Shown: positions 1 to 11,209, counted from the first letter of the stretch. The stretch: DNA of 64,000 nt from a bacterium (GCA_963693055.1 OY843751.1:928001-992000), one strand, 5' to 3'. The notes: a model not told the origin generated them from the sequence alone. Program-made: numbers and translations.

Positions 1-916
1 TCAGATTCTGGATCCGGCTATCAAACCCAGTAGACCCATTAATCCCAGTAAAATGTCACGCGTTTTGTTAGGTGGTGGCTTGGGCATGCTTTTGGGTATT
101 ATTCTGTCTATTCTTTTGGAAGTGCTGGATAACAAGATCCGCACTTTTAACGATGTGGAAAAACAGCTCCGCTTGCCGGTTTTGGGAGCTATACCCATTG
201 TAAAGTTTAAAGATATTGATGATTTTGAAGATTTTGAAAAGGCCAAACAAATTGACCGGCAATTGGTAACGCACGATTATTCTCCAACACCTATTGGAGA
301 GTCTTATCGGGCATTGCGTACCCATTTAATGTTTTCAAAGCAAACTGGTAGAATTCACACGCTTTTGATTACCAGTATAAGTCCTGAAGAGGGCAAGTCA
401 TTTACTGCCAGTAACCTTGCAATTATTCTCGCGCAGCAGCGTACCAATACCCTGCTTGTTGACGCAGATTTACGGCGAGGTGTTTTGCACAATACTTTTG
501 GAATGAACAAGGAACCGGGTTTTACGAATTATCTGAACAATCGTGTTGCATTGTCCAGTGTTGTACAGCAAACCCATGTTCCGAATCTGTCGATCATCAG
601 TTGTGGCTCCATGATCCCTAATCCTTCAGAATTGTTGGGATCACCGCAAATGAAACGCTTTCTGGATGAAGCAAGACGTAAATTTGACTTTATTTTATTT
701 GACGCACCGCCATTGGAAGCCGCTACAGATGGTGTTGTAATAGGCACCCAGGTGGACGCTGTTGCCGTAGTAGTAAAGTCTGGCCAGACCAACCGTAAAG
801 TGGCACAAGAAAAACTTGAAGTCTTTAATAATGTAAATGTGAACGTTATAGGAGTTGTGCTGAACGGAACAGAAAACGCATTGGTGAACGATACATATAG
901 CTATTATCATTATTAA
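1..916 (+). CDS. wzc: Polysaccharide co-polymerase / BY-kinase (Wzc/CapB), C-terminal part; 5' end lies outside the window
   Basis: Frame open from base 2 (QILDPAIKPSRPINP), TM helix, ESYRALRT, Walker A SISPEEGKS, LLVDADLRR, Walker B FDAPP, C-terminal Tyr cluster DTYSYYHY. Confidence 0.93.
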   Translation, partial: QILDPAIKPSRPINPSKMSRVLLGGGLGMLLGIILSILLEVLDNKIRTFNDVEKQLRLPVLGAIPIVKFKDIDDFEDFEKAKQIDRQLVTHDYSPTPIGESYRALRTHLMFSKQTGRIHTLLITSISPEEGKSFTASNLAIILAQQRTNTLLVDADLRRGVLHNTFGMNKEPGFTNYLNNRVALSSVVQQTHVPNLSIISCGSMIPNPSELLGSPQMKRFLDEARRKFDFILFDAPPLEAATDGVVIGTQVDAVAVVVKSGQTNRKVAQEKLEVFNNVNVNVIGVVLNGTENALVNDTYSYYHY

Positions 917-937
917 ATTTTCAATAAAGGAACACAA

Positions 938-1885
938 ATGAAGGTTTTGGTTACCGGAGGGGCTGGGTTTATTGGTTCTCATCTTGTTGAAAAGTTAATT
1001 GCCAATAATCATCAAATCGTATGTCTGGACAGTTTTAACGATTATTATGATCCTTCCATAAAACGAAATAATATTAAAGCTGCACTTAAAAGCAGTTCTT
1101 ATCAGCTTGTTGAAGGAGAAATTCTGGATAACGAGCTATTAACCCAATTGTTTAATGAACACTCGTTCGATATAATTGTCCACCTTGCCGCGCGCGCTGG
1201 CGTTCGTCCATCGATCCAGGAGCCCCTGCTCTATGAAAGAGTGAATGTACAAGGCACCATGAATCTGTTAGAACAGTGCAGAATACATGATATTAAAAAA
1301 TTTGTCTTTGCATCTTCTTCATCGGTTTACGGTGCAAATGAAAAAGTACCTTTTGCTGAAAGCGACAGTGTAGACAATCCCGTATCTCCTTACGCCGCCA
1401 CCAAAAAAGCGGGTGAGCTGGTTTGCTATACCTACCATCACTTGTACAATATATCTGTCAATTGTTTGCGCTTTTTTACGGTTTATGGACCAAGACAGCG
1501 TCCCGATATGGCTATTCACAAATTTGCGAAATTGATACATGAGGGCAAAACCATTCCTGTTTTTGCACATGGTAAAAGTAAACGTGATTACACCTATATT
1601 CAGGATATTATTCAAGGCATAACCGGTGCCATGGAAAATTGCAATGGTTATGGAATTTACAATTTAGGCGAGTCTAATACTGTTGAATTGATGTATCTTA
1701 TCGATTTGATTCAGAATAATTTGGGGATAAAAGCAAATTTAGAGTTTATGCCGGCACAGCCCGGAGACGTACCCATCACTTATGCAGATATCAGCAAGGC
1801 CGGAAAGGAATTGGATTATAAACCCAATGTCCAGATTGAGGAGGGGATAGAGCTGTTTGTGCGGTGGTTTAAAGAGGTTTATTAG
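938..1885 (+). CDS. NAD-dependent nucleotide-sugar epimerase (UDP-glucuronate 4-epimerase-like extended SDR)
   Basis: TGGAGFIG, HLAARAGVR, ASSSSVYG, YAATKK (YxxxK), FFTVYGPRQRPDMA. Confidence 0.9.
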   Translation: MKVLVTGGAGFIGSHLVEKLIANNHQIVCLDSFNDYYDPSIKRNNIKAALKSSSYQLVEGEILDNELLTQLFNEHSFDIIVHLAARAGVRPSIQEPLLYERVNVQGTMNLLEQCRIHDIKKFVFASSSSVYGANEKVPFAESDSVDNPVSPYAATKKAGELVCYTYHHLYNISVNCLRFFTVYGPRQRPDMAIHKFAKLIHEGKTIPVFAHGKSKRDYTYIQDIIQGITGAMENCNGYGIYNLGESNTVELMYLIDLIQNNLGIKANLEFMPAQPGDVPITYADISKAGKELDYKPNVQIEEGIELFVRWFKEVY

Positions 1886-1911
1886 GTATTTAATATTTTT
1901 GGGCAAGTTGT

Positions 1912-3369
1912 ATGGTCTCTGAAAAGGAAAGATTTCTCGGAAATGTAATGAAGGTCATAGATTTTTTTGTCCTTCTTTTAGCTTTCCCCATAGCATATTT
2001 TCTGGATGAATTTATCCGAGATATTGCAAATCTGAGCATTAAAGCTTATGCGGATAGTGCCACTTGGACCGGATTTTTAAATTACGCCGAAAATTATTGG
2101 ATGATGTTTCTCGGCTTTCCTTTGATTTGGGTAATCATTCTATCCATTTATGGTTTATACCAAGGCTACAGGACCCGCTCATTTGCAAGAATGATGGGGC
2201 TTGTTGTTATATCTGGTTTGTGGGCCACCTTGGCTTCAGGTAACTTTGTGTTTTTAATGAAGCTTGAAATGACCAGTCGTCTGTTCTTTGGTGTTTATGC
2301 AACCACAGCTTATATATTGATCCTGCTTGACAAGCTGGCCATTATAAAAATCATGGATAATGCGCATTCTAAAGGATATAATCAGGAGAATCTGCTCATT
2401 GTTGGAACCGGACAGCGGGCTTTGGAATTTATTGAAGCTGTTCAACAGCATTCCACATGGGGGCTCAATATAGTCGGACTGATTGATGATGACCATGAGC
2501 TTTATGGAAAAGAAATTAACGGATATCGTGTCATTGGCAAGATTAAAGATATTCCGTTTATTATCAATCAAATTGTTATTGACAGGGTGATTTTTGTTGT
2601 GCCCCGTCACTGGCTGCCTTTAATCGAGGAAGCAATTCTAGCCTGTGAAGAAGTAGGAATCAATACTTCGTTATCTCTGGACTTTTACAATTTAAACTTT
2701 GCCCGTACCAAACTGTCAGATTTTAATGGATTTCCGCTGGTAGAGTTTCAGACATTTCAGGCGAAAGAATGGCAATTGTTTATAAAACGCATGATTGATA
2801 TTTTTGTATCTGCAACTGTTCTGCTTATCATGTCGCCGATTTTGTTGCTTATTGCATTACTTATAAAATTAACATCACCCGGCCCTGTTTTTTTCAAACA
2901 GGAACGCAGCGGCTTAAAAGGCCGCAAGTTTACTTTATACAAGTTCCGGTCTATGGTGGTAAATGCTGAAGAAATTAAAGAAGAACTGATGGATCAGAAC
3001 GAAATGGATGGTCCGGTTTTTAAAATTAAAAAAGATCCCCGTATTACGCTTGTTGGGGCATTCATTCGTAAAACCAGCTTGGATGAATATCCACAGTTGT
3101 TGAATGTTTTAAAAGGGGATATGAGTATTGTGGGGCCGCGTCCCCCAATACCCAGTGAAGTTGATAATTACCAGATCTGGCAGCGTAGACGTTTGAGTTT
3201 AAAACCCGGTATTACCTGTATATGGCAGGTTAGCGGAAGAAACAAACTCTCTTTTGATCAGTGGATGAAAATGGATCTGGAATATATAGATAGTTGGTCT
3301 TTGCTGCTTGATATGAAAATATTATTTCGTACTTTTTTTGTAGTATTGAGTGGGTATGGCGCGGAATGA
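1912..3369 (+). CDS. Priming polyprenyl-phosphate hexose-1-phosphate transferase (WcaJ/WbaP/CpsE family)
   Basis: N-terminal TM bundle, CoA-binding-like domain, C-terminal Bac_transf motifs [43 protein letters not shown]. Confidence 0.93.
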   Translation: MVSEKERFLGNVMKVIDFFVLLLAFPIAYFLDEFIRDIANLSIKAYADSATWTGFLNYAENYWMMFLGFPLIWVIILSIYGLYQGYRTRSFARMMGLVVISGLWATLASGNFVFLMKLEMTSRLFFGVYATTAYILILLDKLAIIKIMDNAHSKGYNQENLLIVGTGQRALEFIEAVQQHSTWGLNIVGLIDDDHELYGKEINGYRVIGKIKDIPFIINQIVIDRVIFVVPRHWLPLIEEAILACEEVGINTSLSLDFYNLNFARTKLSDFNGFPLVEFQTFQAKEWQLFIKRMIDIFVSATVLLIMSPILLLIALLIKLTSPGPVFFKQERSGLKGRKFTLYKFRSMVVNAEEIKEELMDQNEMDGPVFKIKKDPRITLVGAFIRKTSLDEYPQLLNVLKGDMSIVGPRPPIPSEVDNYQIWQRRRLSLKPGITCIWQVSGRNKLSFDQWMKMDLEYIDSWSLLLDMKILFRTFFVVLSGYGAE

Positions 3370-3399
3370 TCATACAGAGATTTTGAAAGCATAATACAA

Positions 3400-4617
3400 A
3401 TGACAACTCTAATTAAAGATAATAATCCCAAAAAGTTAAAGATATTAATGCTGGCGCCACAGCCCTGGTTCCAACCCAGAGGCACGCCTTTTAGTGTATT
3501 ACATAGAATTAAAGCGCTTTCTACATTGGGACATAAAGTTGACCTTTTAACTTATCATATCGGCCAGGATATCCCAATTGATGGTTTGACGATTCATCGT
3601 TCCACCCGGATCCCTTTTGTGAAAAAGATCAAAGTTGGTCCTTCAAAAACCAAATTGTTTCTTGATGTGTTTATGGTATTTCATACATTGCGTTTATTGA
3701 TCAAAAATAAATATGATCTTGTACATACGCATGAAGAAGCCAGTTTTTGGGGGGCACTTTTTGCAAAAATGTTCAAAGTCCCTCATTTGTATGATATGCA
3801 CTCATCTTTACCGCAACAGTTGATTAATTTTAAATTTACCAGTTTTAAACCTATTCTCAGTGTATTTGACTGGCTGGAGAGATACACCATTCGCAATGCA
3901 AAATCAGTTATAACTATCTGTCCTGAATTGCAATATTATGTTGAAGAACATTTCCCCGAAAAGCCAAGTCTTTTGATTGAAAATGTTGCGGATAATAGCA
4001 TTGTTTTTCCTCCGGATATGCAGATTAAGGAAGAGCTGCGAGAAAAGTATGGATTAATCGATAAACGCATTGTACTGTATTATGGTACATTTGAACCTTA
4101 TCAGGGGCTTGATCTGTTTATCAAAAGCGCCAAGCATGTTATTGATATTATGGGAAGCGATGTCCGTTTTGTACTGGTAGGGGGGCACGAAGAGCAAAAC
4201 CGAAAATACAAAGATCTTGTAGAGAATTTGGGTTTAGCTCCCTGGTTTGTTTTTACCGGATTTGTACAGCCCCAGGTAATACCCGCGTTTGTGGATATAG
4301 CAGAAGTGCTGGTTTCGCCAAGGTTAAAGGGCAACAATTCACCCTTGAAAATATATTCTTATCTTCGTTCCGGCAAGCCCATTGTGGCAACGCGGCATAT
4401 AACACATACACAAATTCTTGATGATTCGGTTTCAGTACTTACAGAAACCGATCCTGAAAGTTTTGCCAAAGGTATTGTAGGCATCATGAATGATGCAGAC
4501 CGCAAAGCAGAGATGGTATCGTTGGCAAGAAAACTGGCAGATGAAAAGTACAGTTATGAAGATTATTTGAAAAAAACTGATAAAGTTATAAAATTGGCCC
4601 TGAATGGCACATATTGA
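3400..4617 (+). CDS. Glycosyltransferase family 4 (GT-B)
   Basis: HTHEEA, YYGTFEPYQGLD, SPLKIYSYLRSGKPIVAT. Confidence 0.88.
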   Translation: MTTLIKDNNPKKLKILMLAPQPWFQPRGTPFSVLHRIKALSTLGHKVDLLTYHIGQDIPIDGLTIHRSTRIPFVKKIKVGPSKTKLFLDVFMVFHTLRLLIKNKYDLVHTHEEASFWGALFAKMFKVPHLYDMHSSLPQQLINFKFTSFKPILSVFDWLERYTIRNAKSVITICPELQYYVEEHFPEKPSLLIENVADNSIVFPPDMQIKEELREKYGLIDKRIVLYYGTFEPYQGLDLFIKSAKHVIDIMGSDVRFVLVGGHEEQNRKYKDLVENLGLAPWFVFTGFVQPQVIPAFVDIAEVLVSPRLKGNNSPLKIYSYLRSGKPIVATRHITHTQILDDSVSVLTETDPESFAKGIVGIMNDADRKAEMVSLARKLADEKYSYEDYLKKTDKVIKLALNGTY

Positions 4618-4623
4618 TATGAG

Positions 4624-5379
4624 GTGGGTTTGAGTAAATTATCAAAAAAACATTATAGCTATTCCCTTTATGCAGACAAGAAATTTGCAAGTGATTATGA
4701 GCAGGACCGATTTGGCAAGGGATTTGGGACGTTCTTAAAAAGTTATGAAATTGAATTATATACCAAATTATTGCCAAAATTTGACCGTATGTTGGATGTA
4801 GGGGCAGGTACGGGTAAAATTGCTGCTAAATTTGCAAAACGCGGGCGCGTAGTGGCAAGTGATGCTTCGTTCGAGATGTTGAAAAATGCTCGGGATTTAG
4901 CCAAAGAAGATCATATCTATTTTGATGTTGTTGTTTGCGATGCACATCATCTTTGTTTTAAAGATGGGGCATTTGATGCTGTAGTTTCTTCCCGGGTTTT
5001 GATGCATGTAATCGACTGGAAACTCATGATCAAGGAGTTGTGCAGGGTGTCATCAAATGCGGTTTGTCTTGATTTCCCCGCGTATTGGAGTTTTTCAATT
5101 TTTGAACGTATTATGAGAAAGCTTGCCCGGATCCTTATTCCACGTGTTCAGAGTTACCGTGGATTCGCATCCAAAACCGTTGCCAATGAGTTTATGGCGC
5201 TTGATTTTGAACCGATTGTAAAGTTGAAAAGTTTTTTCCTGCCTGTAGCTGTTTACAGGCTTGTTAACGCTCCCCGAATGACTTTTAAATTAGAGCGGTT
5301 TTGGGGAAAACTGGGATTCACCCGATTTTTTGGAAATCCTGTAACCTATAGATTCGATAAAAAAGTAGGGGATGCATGA
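4624..5379 (+). CDS. Class I SAM-dependent methyltransferase
   Basis: MLDVGAGTG motif I, CDAHHLCF, FDAVVSSRVLMH; GTG start. Confidence 0.85.
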   Translation: MGLSKLSKKHYSYSLYADKKFASDYEQDRFGKGFGTFLKSYEIELYTKLLPKFDRMLDVGAGTGKIAAKFAKRGRVVASDASFEMLKNARDLAKEDHIYFDVVVCDAHHLCFKDGAFDAVVSSRVLMHVIDWKLMIKELCRVSSNAVCLDFPAYWSFSIFERIMRKLARILIPRVQSYRGFASKTVANEFMALDFEPIVKLKSFFLPVAVYRLVNAPRMTFKLERFWGKLGFTRFFGNPVTYRFDKKVGDA

Positions 5380-7040
5380 TTAAAAGAGATATAGAAGCAC
5401 TAGACCAGCCTTTTGACGTGATCATTGTTGGTGGAGGAATGTATGGTGCCGCTATGGCATGGGAAGCGGTTTCTCGTGGTTACAAGGTTGCATTGCTTGA
5501 AAAAGATGATTTTGCTTCAAATACATCTGCAAACAGTTTAAAAATCATTCACGGTGGTCTTCGATATCTTCAATCCCTTGATATTAAGCGTGTTCTTGAA
5601 TCCGTGCGTGAACGAAAGATCATGTTAACAATTGCTCCCCATCTTGTGCAGCCGTTACAGAGCGTAATGCCTACTTATGGTTTGACCATGAAGAGCAAGC
5701 ACGTTATGTGGGCGGGGATGCTTGTGAATGATATCCTTAGTTTTAACCGTAACAGCGGTGTCGATTCTGAGCGTCATTTACCCAATTGTAAAGTTATCTC
5801 CCGGTCAGAAGCGGCTGCCATGATGCCTAAATTAACCGATGATCATTTTACCGGCGCTGCCTGCTGGTACGACGGACAGGCGTACAATACCGAACGGCTT
5901 GCACTTGCCTTTACAAGTTCTGCTGCTGAAAAGGGTGCAGTTGCTGTAAATTATGTTCAGGTTACTGATTTTATTAAAGAAAATGATGCCATAACCGGTG
6001 TTTGTGCCATTGATCGGTTGAACGGAATGGAGCTCAAGGTTAATGCCAAACAGGTTATTACCACAGCAGGACCCTGGACCAATACCATGAATGAGTTGCT
6101 GGGTGACCGTAAACCCGAAAAATTTATCCTTTCTAAAGCCATCAATTTGATAATAAAACGCAAAATCAATTCAGATACCGCACTGGGTATTACCAGCAAG
6201 ATTGTTTATGAAAAGGGCGTTAAAAAGGAACGCAGCAAGAGACGTCAATTGTTTATTACGCCCTGGCGGGATTATACGGTAGTAGGCACTACACATCTGC
6301 CTTATGATGGCAAGCCTGATGAATATCGTGTTAGCGAGTCAGATATTCAGGACTTTATTGCCGAATTGAACGATATTATGCCAGAGATCAATCTTTCAAG
6401 AGATGATGTGACCTTTTTCAACGGCGGAGTATTGCCCCTTGCTGAAGAGCCGGTACCAGGCCAGGATGTAAAATTACTGGGTCATTATCGTGTTTTTGAC
6501 TCTGAAAATGAAACCGGTTTAAAAGGTTTGATTAATGTTGTGGGTGTTAAATATACTACTGCTCGTGATGTTGCGGAAAAAGTAATGGACCAGGTTACCG
6601 GCAAGCTGGGTACAAACAAGAAAGCCTTTTCAACACGAGAAACGCCGTTGACAGGCGGAATTATTAATAATGTAAAAACATTTTTTGAGCAAAAAACTGA
6701 ACACGGATTGTCTGAAACGGTTTTTGAATCCTTGTTATACAATTACGGAACGCGTTACAGTGAAATTATTGATTTGGTGAAAAATGATGCGGATCTTGCC
6801 GAACCTGTAGATGCGGATTCACATGTTATTAAAGCCCAGGTAGTTTATGCGGTACGCAAAGAGAGTGCACAGAAATTGTCTGATGTAGTGCTTCGCAGGA
6901 CCGATCTTGGCAGCGGTGAACAGCCATCCGATAAAGCTCTGAAAGCTTGTGCCGATTTAATGGCCAAAGAGCTGAGCTGGGATGAAAAACGGATTGAATC
7001 TGAAATTAACGAAACCAAAGCGGTATATATCCCCGCATAG
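5376..7040 (+). CDS. glpD: FAD-dependent glycerol-3-phosphate dehydrogenase/oxidase family protein (GlpD-like)
   Basis: DVIIVGGGMYG, LEKDDFASNTSANSLKIIHGGLRYL, GTT, GVKYTTAR, C-terminal DVVLRRT (DAO_C); start overlaps the upstream stop (ATGA). Confidence 0.85.
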   Translation: MIKRDIEALDQPFDVIIVGGGMYGAAMAWEAVSRGYKVALLEKDDFASNTSANSLKIIHGGLRYLQSLDIKRVLESVRERKIMLTIAPHLVQPLQSVMPTYGLTMKSKHVMWAGMLVNDILSFNRNSGVDSERHLPNCKVISRSEAAAMMPKLTDDHFTGAACWYDGQAYNTERLALAFTSSAAEKGAVAVNYVQVTDFIKENDAITGVCAIDRLNGMELKVNAKQVITTAGPWTNTMNELLGDRKPEKFILSKAINLIIKRKINSDTALGITSKIVYEKGVKKERSKRRQLFITPWRDYTVVGTTHLPYDGKPDEYRVSESDIQDFIAELNDIMPEINLSRDDVTFFNGGVLPLAEEPVPGQDVKLLGHYRVFDSENETGLKGLINVVGVKYTTARDVAEKVMDQVTGKLGTNKKAFSTRETPLTGGIINNVKTFFEQKTEHGLSETVFESLLYNYGTRYSEIIDLVKNDADLAEPVDADSHVIKAQVVYAVRKESAQKLSDVVLRRTDLGSGEQPSDKALKACADLMAKELSWDEKRIESEINETKAVYIPA

Positions 7041-7055
7041 ATAAAAAGGAACGAG

Positions 7056-8060
7056 ATGAGCAAGCTTGCACTGGTTACCGGTGCTTCCGGGTTTACCGGA
7101 AGTTATATGGTTAAAAATCTCCTTGAACATGGCTATACAGTCCGGGCTATGGTGCGTTCTACCAGCAATACCAAGGAACTGAATGATCTGGATGTTGAAC
7201 TGGTATCTGGCGATCTCTTGAATCAGGCCGATGTAGAGAACGCGGTAAAAGGTGTTGATGTTGTGTATCATATTGCTGCATTTTATCGTTCCGCAAATGA
7301 ACCGGATCAGGTTTATAGAGATGTAAATGTAACCGGCACCCGCTATATTTTTGATGCAGTCCTGAAACACAATGTGGAACGAGTTGTGTATTGCAGCACC
7401 GTAGGTGTACATGGACATGTTGATAATCCCCCTGCAGATGAAAATGCTCCCCTGAAACCGGGAGATATTTATCAGATCACCAAAGTTGAAGCCGAAGCCC
7501 TGGCTATGCAATATTACAAGGAAAAGAATCTGCCGGTTACCATAGTTCGTCCTACCGGTATTTATGGCCCGGGTGATTTGAGAATGTTAAAACTGTACAG
7601 GATGGTGCAGAAAAAAAGATTCCTGATGCTTGGCAATAAAGACCCGTTTTATCATTTAACCTTTGTTACCGATATCGTTGAAGGATTTCGCCTGGCTGGA
7701 GAGAATTCCAATTCTATCGGTCAGGCATATATCATTGCCGGTGAACCTTATATAACCTTGAAACAGTTTGCTGAAACTATAGCAAATGTACTCAATATAG
7801 ATCTTAAAATTGTAAAATTTCCATTATGGCCGGTATATGCTGCCGGCTATGTGTGCGAAAAAATTTGTATACCCTTGCGAGTACAGCCCCCAATCTTTAG
7901 AAGACGTGTAGATATTTATGTTAAAGATCGTGCTTTTGATTGTTCAAAAGCAAAGAATGAACTGGGTTATAAACCCCAGGTAACTCCGGATGAAGGTATT
8001 CGACGGACCGCAGAATGGTATATAGAAAAAGGATACCTGGCACCTGTTAATTCAAACTAA
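7056..8060 (+). CDS. NAD-dependent epimerase/dehydratase (extended SDR, HpnA/3-beta-HSD-like)
   Basis: TGASGFTG, YQITK (YxxxK), RPTGIYGPGD. Confidence 0.85.
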   Translation: MSKLALVTGASGFTGSYMVKNLLEHGYTVRAMVRSTSNTKELNDLDVELVSGDLLNQADVENAVKGVDVVYHIAAFYRSANEPDQVYRDVNVTGTRYIFDAVLKHNVERVVYCSTVGVHGHVDNPPADENAPLKPGDIYQITKVEAEALAMQYYKEKNLPVTIVRPTGIYGPGDLRMLKLYRMVQKKRFLMLGNKDPFYHLTFVTDIVEGFRLAGENSNSIGQAYIIAGEPYITLKQFAETIANVLNIDLKIVKFPLWPVYAAGYVCEKICIPLRVQPPIFRRRVDIYVKDRAFDCSKAKNELGYKPQVTPDEGIRRTAEWYIEKGYLAPVNSN

Positions 8061-8066
8061 TGGTGG

Positions 8067-8810
8067 ATGATCATGAGCGAACAAGCACCCATTGGAATTC
8101 AACGTGACCTGCATGACCAGTCTCAGGGCAAGCTCGGGAAATACAGCAGTCTTGTGGTTGGTAAAAAAGGGCTGGGGCCATTGATAAAATATGAGCTGGT
8201 ACAGATGTTCAGTACTGCAGTACCGGGCGCATTCGGCTTGTTGCTGCGCAGCAAGTTGTACAAGTCTTTGCTGGGTTCGTGCGGTCGCAATGTCAATTTC
8301 GGCATGAATGTTATCCTTCGTCATCCGCATAAAATACACATTGGTGATAATGTTAATATAGATGATAATTGTTTAATAGATGCAAAAGGGACAAATAACT
8401 CTGGCATTTCCATTGGTTCCGGTTCATTTATTGGCAGAAACACTATACTCAGCTGCAAAGACGGTGATATAGAAATAGGTGAAAATGCCAATATTGGGTT
8501 CAATTGTGAGATTTTCTCGGCAAGCAAGGTCACCCTTGGCAAAAACAATTTATTTGCAGCCTATTGCTACCTGATTGGCGGTGAGCATACTTATGACCGT
8601 ACAGATGTTCCTGTTTTAGAGCAGGAACGGATTTCAAGAGGGATCACTATTGAAGACAATGTCTGGTTGGGTGCATCTGTCAAAGTGAACGATGGGGTAA
8701 CCATTGGTCGGGATTCAATTATCGGTACATCAGCAGTGGTAAGAGAGGATGTACCAGAATTCAGTATTGCTGTAGGAATACCAGCCAAAGTGGTGAAAAG
8801 CAGAAAGTAA
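8067..8810 (+). CDS. Hexapeptide-repeat (left-handed beta-helix) O-acyltransferase
   Basis: IGDNVNI/IGSGSFIG/IGENANIG/IEDNVWLG repeats, AVGIPAKVVK end. Confidence 0.88.
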   Translation: MIMSEQAPIGIQRDLHDQSQGKLGKYSSLVVGKKGLGPLIKYELVQMFSTAVPGAFGLLLRSKLYKSLLGSCGRNVNFGMNVILRHPHKIHIGDNVNIDDNCLIDAKGTNNSGISIGSGSFIGRNTILSCKDGDIEIGENANIGFNCEIFSASKVTLGKNNLFAAYCYLIGGEHTYDRTDVPVLEQERISRGITIEDNVWLGASVKVNDGVTIGRDSIIGTSAVVREDVPEFSIAVGIPAKVVKSRK

Positions 8811-8813
8811 AAT

Positions 8814-10040
8814 ATGCAATTGTCTGGTTCAAATGGAATACAAAAAAAATATTTATTACTGGCAGTTTTGATTTTTGTCTTTATAGCAGGAATCTGGCCG
8901 CAATTGAAAAATGATACAGGTGATTTAAATTTCTATGTGCACCAGGCTGATGCCTTTTTGCATGGTCGTTTGGATATTGCCCCCCAGAAATATGATACCG
9001 CGTATTACAATGGCAAGTATTATGTTCCTTATCCCCCGGTGCCTGCTATTCTCTTGTTACCCTTTGTTGCTATATTGGGTATTGCCGGTACAAAAGTTAT
9101 GTGGATCAGTTTGATTTTAACTATACTCAATATTTTTGTACTGCGAGACGTTTTTAATCGATTAAATGTAAAAAAAGAACTTGTTCCCTGGCTGCTGGTT
9201 GCCTTTTTTACCGGCACGGCTTATTGGATGGTTCTCAGATATACTTCAACAGTGTATTACTTTGCACATATTGTTTCTGTTTCTGCCTTGTTATTATCTA
9301 TTCGGGAGGGATTTGGAAAAGGACGTGGTTGGCTGGCAGGTCTGTTTCTTGCCATGGCAATTTTATCCCGGCAGTTAATGGTGTACAGTACACTGTTTAT
9401 GATTTTCGTTTTATGGCAGCAAAGTAAAGATAAATCCAACAAATCCAGACTTTTCAATATGGCAGCATTTTTTACTGTGCTGGGCGTATTCTTTTTTGCA
9501 TATTTAGGATTCAATTATGTGCGTTTTGGAAATCCTCTGGATACCGGTTATATGTACATCCAGTTTACTCCTTTTTTGAAATTGCGAATAGAAAAATATG
9601 GTTTATTCAATATAGCATATGTTCCGTTTAATTTTATAAACCTGTTTTTACAGGGCTTTCATGTAAATTTCAGTCAGCCCTTGTTGCTACGTATAGTAGA
9701 TGTAGACCATTTTGGCACATCCATAACCTTTGCGAGTCCCTTTGTTTTTGCTGCCTTTTGGGCAAAGGGAGATAGGGCAATTATCCGTGCTGCCTGGATT
9801 TCAATTTGTCTTGCTATATTACACGTGTTGTTTTATCATAATAATGGCTGGTATCAGATTAATGCGCACCGGTTCACGCTAGACTTTTTACCGGTTCTGA
9901 TGGTGTTGGTTGCGTTGAGTGCTCAGTATGTACATCAAAAATTGTTTAAATTTGGTATAATTTATTCCTTAGCATTGAATATTTTTGCTTTATTGCTGGT
10001 TCCACTTTTAGCTGCTGTCTTGAAATTTATTGTAAAGTAA
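8814..10040 (+). CDS. Multi-pass membrane protein, probable GT-C-fold glycosyltransferase
   Basis: ~11 TM helices, N-terminal periplasmic loop with D..FY..QADAFLHGRL and YVPYPPVPA, NYVRFGNPLDTGY, HRFTLD. Confidence 0.6.
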   Translation: MQLSGSNGIQKKYLLLAVLIFVFIAGIWPQLKNDTGDLNFYVHQADAFLHGRLDIAPQKYDTAYYNGKYYVPYPPVPAILLLPFVAILGIAGTKVMWISLILTILNIFVLRDVFNRLNVKKELVPWLLVAFFTGTAYWMVLRYTSTVYYFAHIVSVSALLLSIREGFGKGRGWLAGLFLAMAILSRQLMVYSTLFMIFVLWQQSKDKSNKSRLFNMAAFFTVLGVFFFAYLGFNYVRFGNPLDTGYMYIQFTPFLKLRIEKYGLFNIAYVPFNFINLFLQGFHVNFSQPLLLRIVDVDHFGTSITFASPFVFAAFWAKGDRAIIRAAWISICLAILHVLFYHNNGWYQINAHRFTLDFLPVLMVLVALSAQYVHQKLFKFGIIYSLALNIFALLLVPLLAAVLKFIVK

Positions 10041-10049
10041 AGGAAAAGC

Positions 10050-11186
10050 GTGACAGATAACAAATACAATATTCTTCATGTGATTGATAAATTTTCAATG
10101 GATGGTGTGAATCCAAGCAGCTGCGCTTACCTGATCCGTGATTGGCACCGTTATGCTAATAAAGACCATTTCAATGTGATGGCATGTGGTTTAAAAGCCG
10201 AAGAACCAGCGGGTGAGATTTATCGCAAATCGGGTATTCCGGTTTTCTTTTTGGGTAATGGCAAATATTCTCCCGGTAATGTTACCGGGCTCATGCGTTT
10301 GATTGACTGGGAAAAGATTGACTTGCTGCATTTGCATGGATACAGTTCAGCAAATTTTGGACGTATTGCAGCGAAACTGAAAAAAATACCCAATATAGTG
10401 CATGAACACGCTATTCTTAAAATTTTACCGCATCAATATGTTGCGGATTTACTGCTAAAAGGACTAACCGACTGCGGTGTAGCAGTATCGGGCGCGGTTA
10501 AGGATTTTATGGTTTCCGGAAGGCATGTGCCCAGGAAAAAGATCCAGGTAGTTTATAATGGTGTAAATTTGCAGAAATTTGTCAAGAGCGATTCAGAGTC
10601 GGTTGCAAATCTGCGTCATGAATTGGGGTTGTTGCCCGATCATTTTATTATCGGAAATCTGACTCGGTTACGTGAAGAAAAGGGCAATGCCGTACTGATA
10701 GAGTCGATGAAATCTATTGTTGCAAAACATCCCAAGGTGAGACTGGTTATTGCGGGTGATGGTCCCGAAAAGCAGGAACTTGAAGCGTTGGTAAGTAAAC
10801 TGGAGCTTGATGAATATGTAAAGCTGGTTGGTTTTAGGCGTGATATTATGGAGCTTTTGACCCTGTTTGATTTAATGGCAATTCCTTCTCTGAATGAAGG
10901 TTTTGGCCTGGTTCTTGTTGAAGCTTTGGCAATGGAATTACCTTCTGTTTGTTCGCATGTTGGTGGTTTGGCAGAAATTGCCGGTGAACCACCATGCGCG
11001 CAACTGGTTCCCGCGGGAGATCCTGATTTGCTTGCACAGGGAATTCTTGAATTGATAGATAACCCCAATCTTGCAATACAAATGGCGCAACGGGGATTAA
11101 TTGAAAGTCAGAAATTTAGTATTGAAAACAATGTAATGCGACTGGAAGAAATTTATTTGTCCCTTCTTGAAAAGAAGGATTATTAA
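10050..11186 (+). CDS. Glycosyltransferase family 4
   Basis: RLREEKG, PSLNEGFGLVLVEALAM (ExFG...EA). Confidence 0.9.
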   Translation: MTDNKYNILHVIDKFSMDGVNPSSCAYLIRDWHRYANKDHFNVMACGLKAEEPAGEIYRKSGIPVFFLGNGKYSPGNVTGLMRLIDWEKIDLLHLHGYSSANFGRIAAKLKKIPNIVHEHAILKILPHQYVADLLLKGLTDCGVAVSGAVKDFMVSGRHVPRKKIQVVYNGVNLQKFVKSDSESVANLRHELGLLPDHFIIGNLTRLREEKGNAVLIESMKSIVAKHPKVRLVIAGDGPEKQELEALVSKLELDEYVKLVGFRRDIMELLTLFDLMAIPSLNEGFGLVLVEALAMELPSVCSHVGGLAEIAGEPPCAQLVPAGDPDLLAQGILELIDNPNLAIQMAQRGLIESQKFSIENNVMRLEEIYLSLLEKKDY

Positions 11187-11209
11187 GAATAAAAAAAAGA
11201 GGGCTGTAA

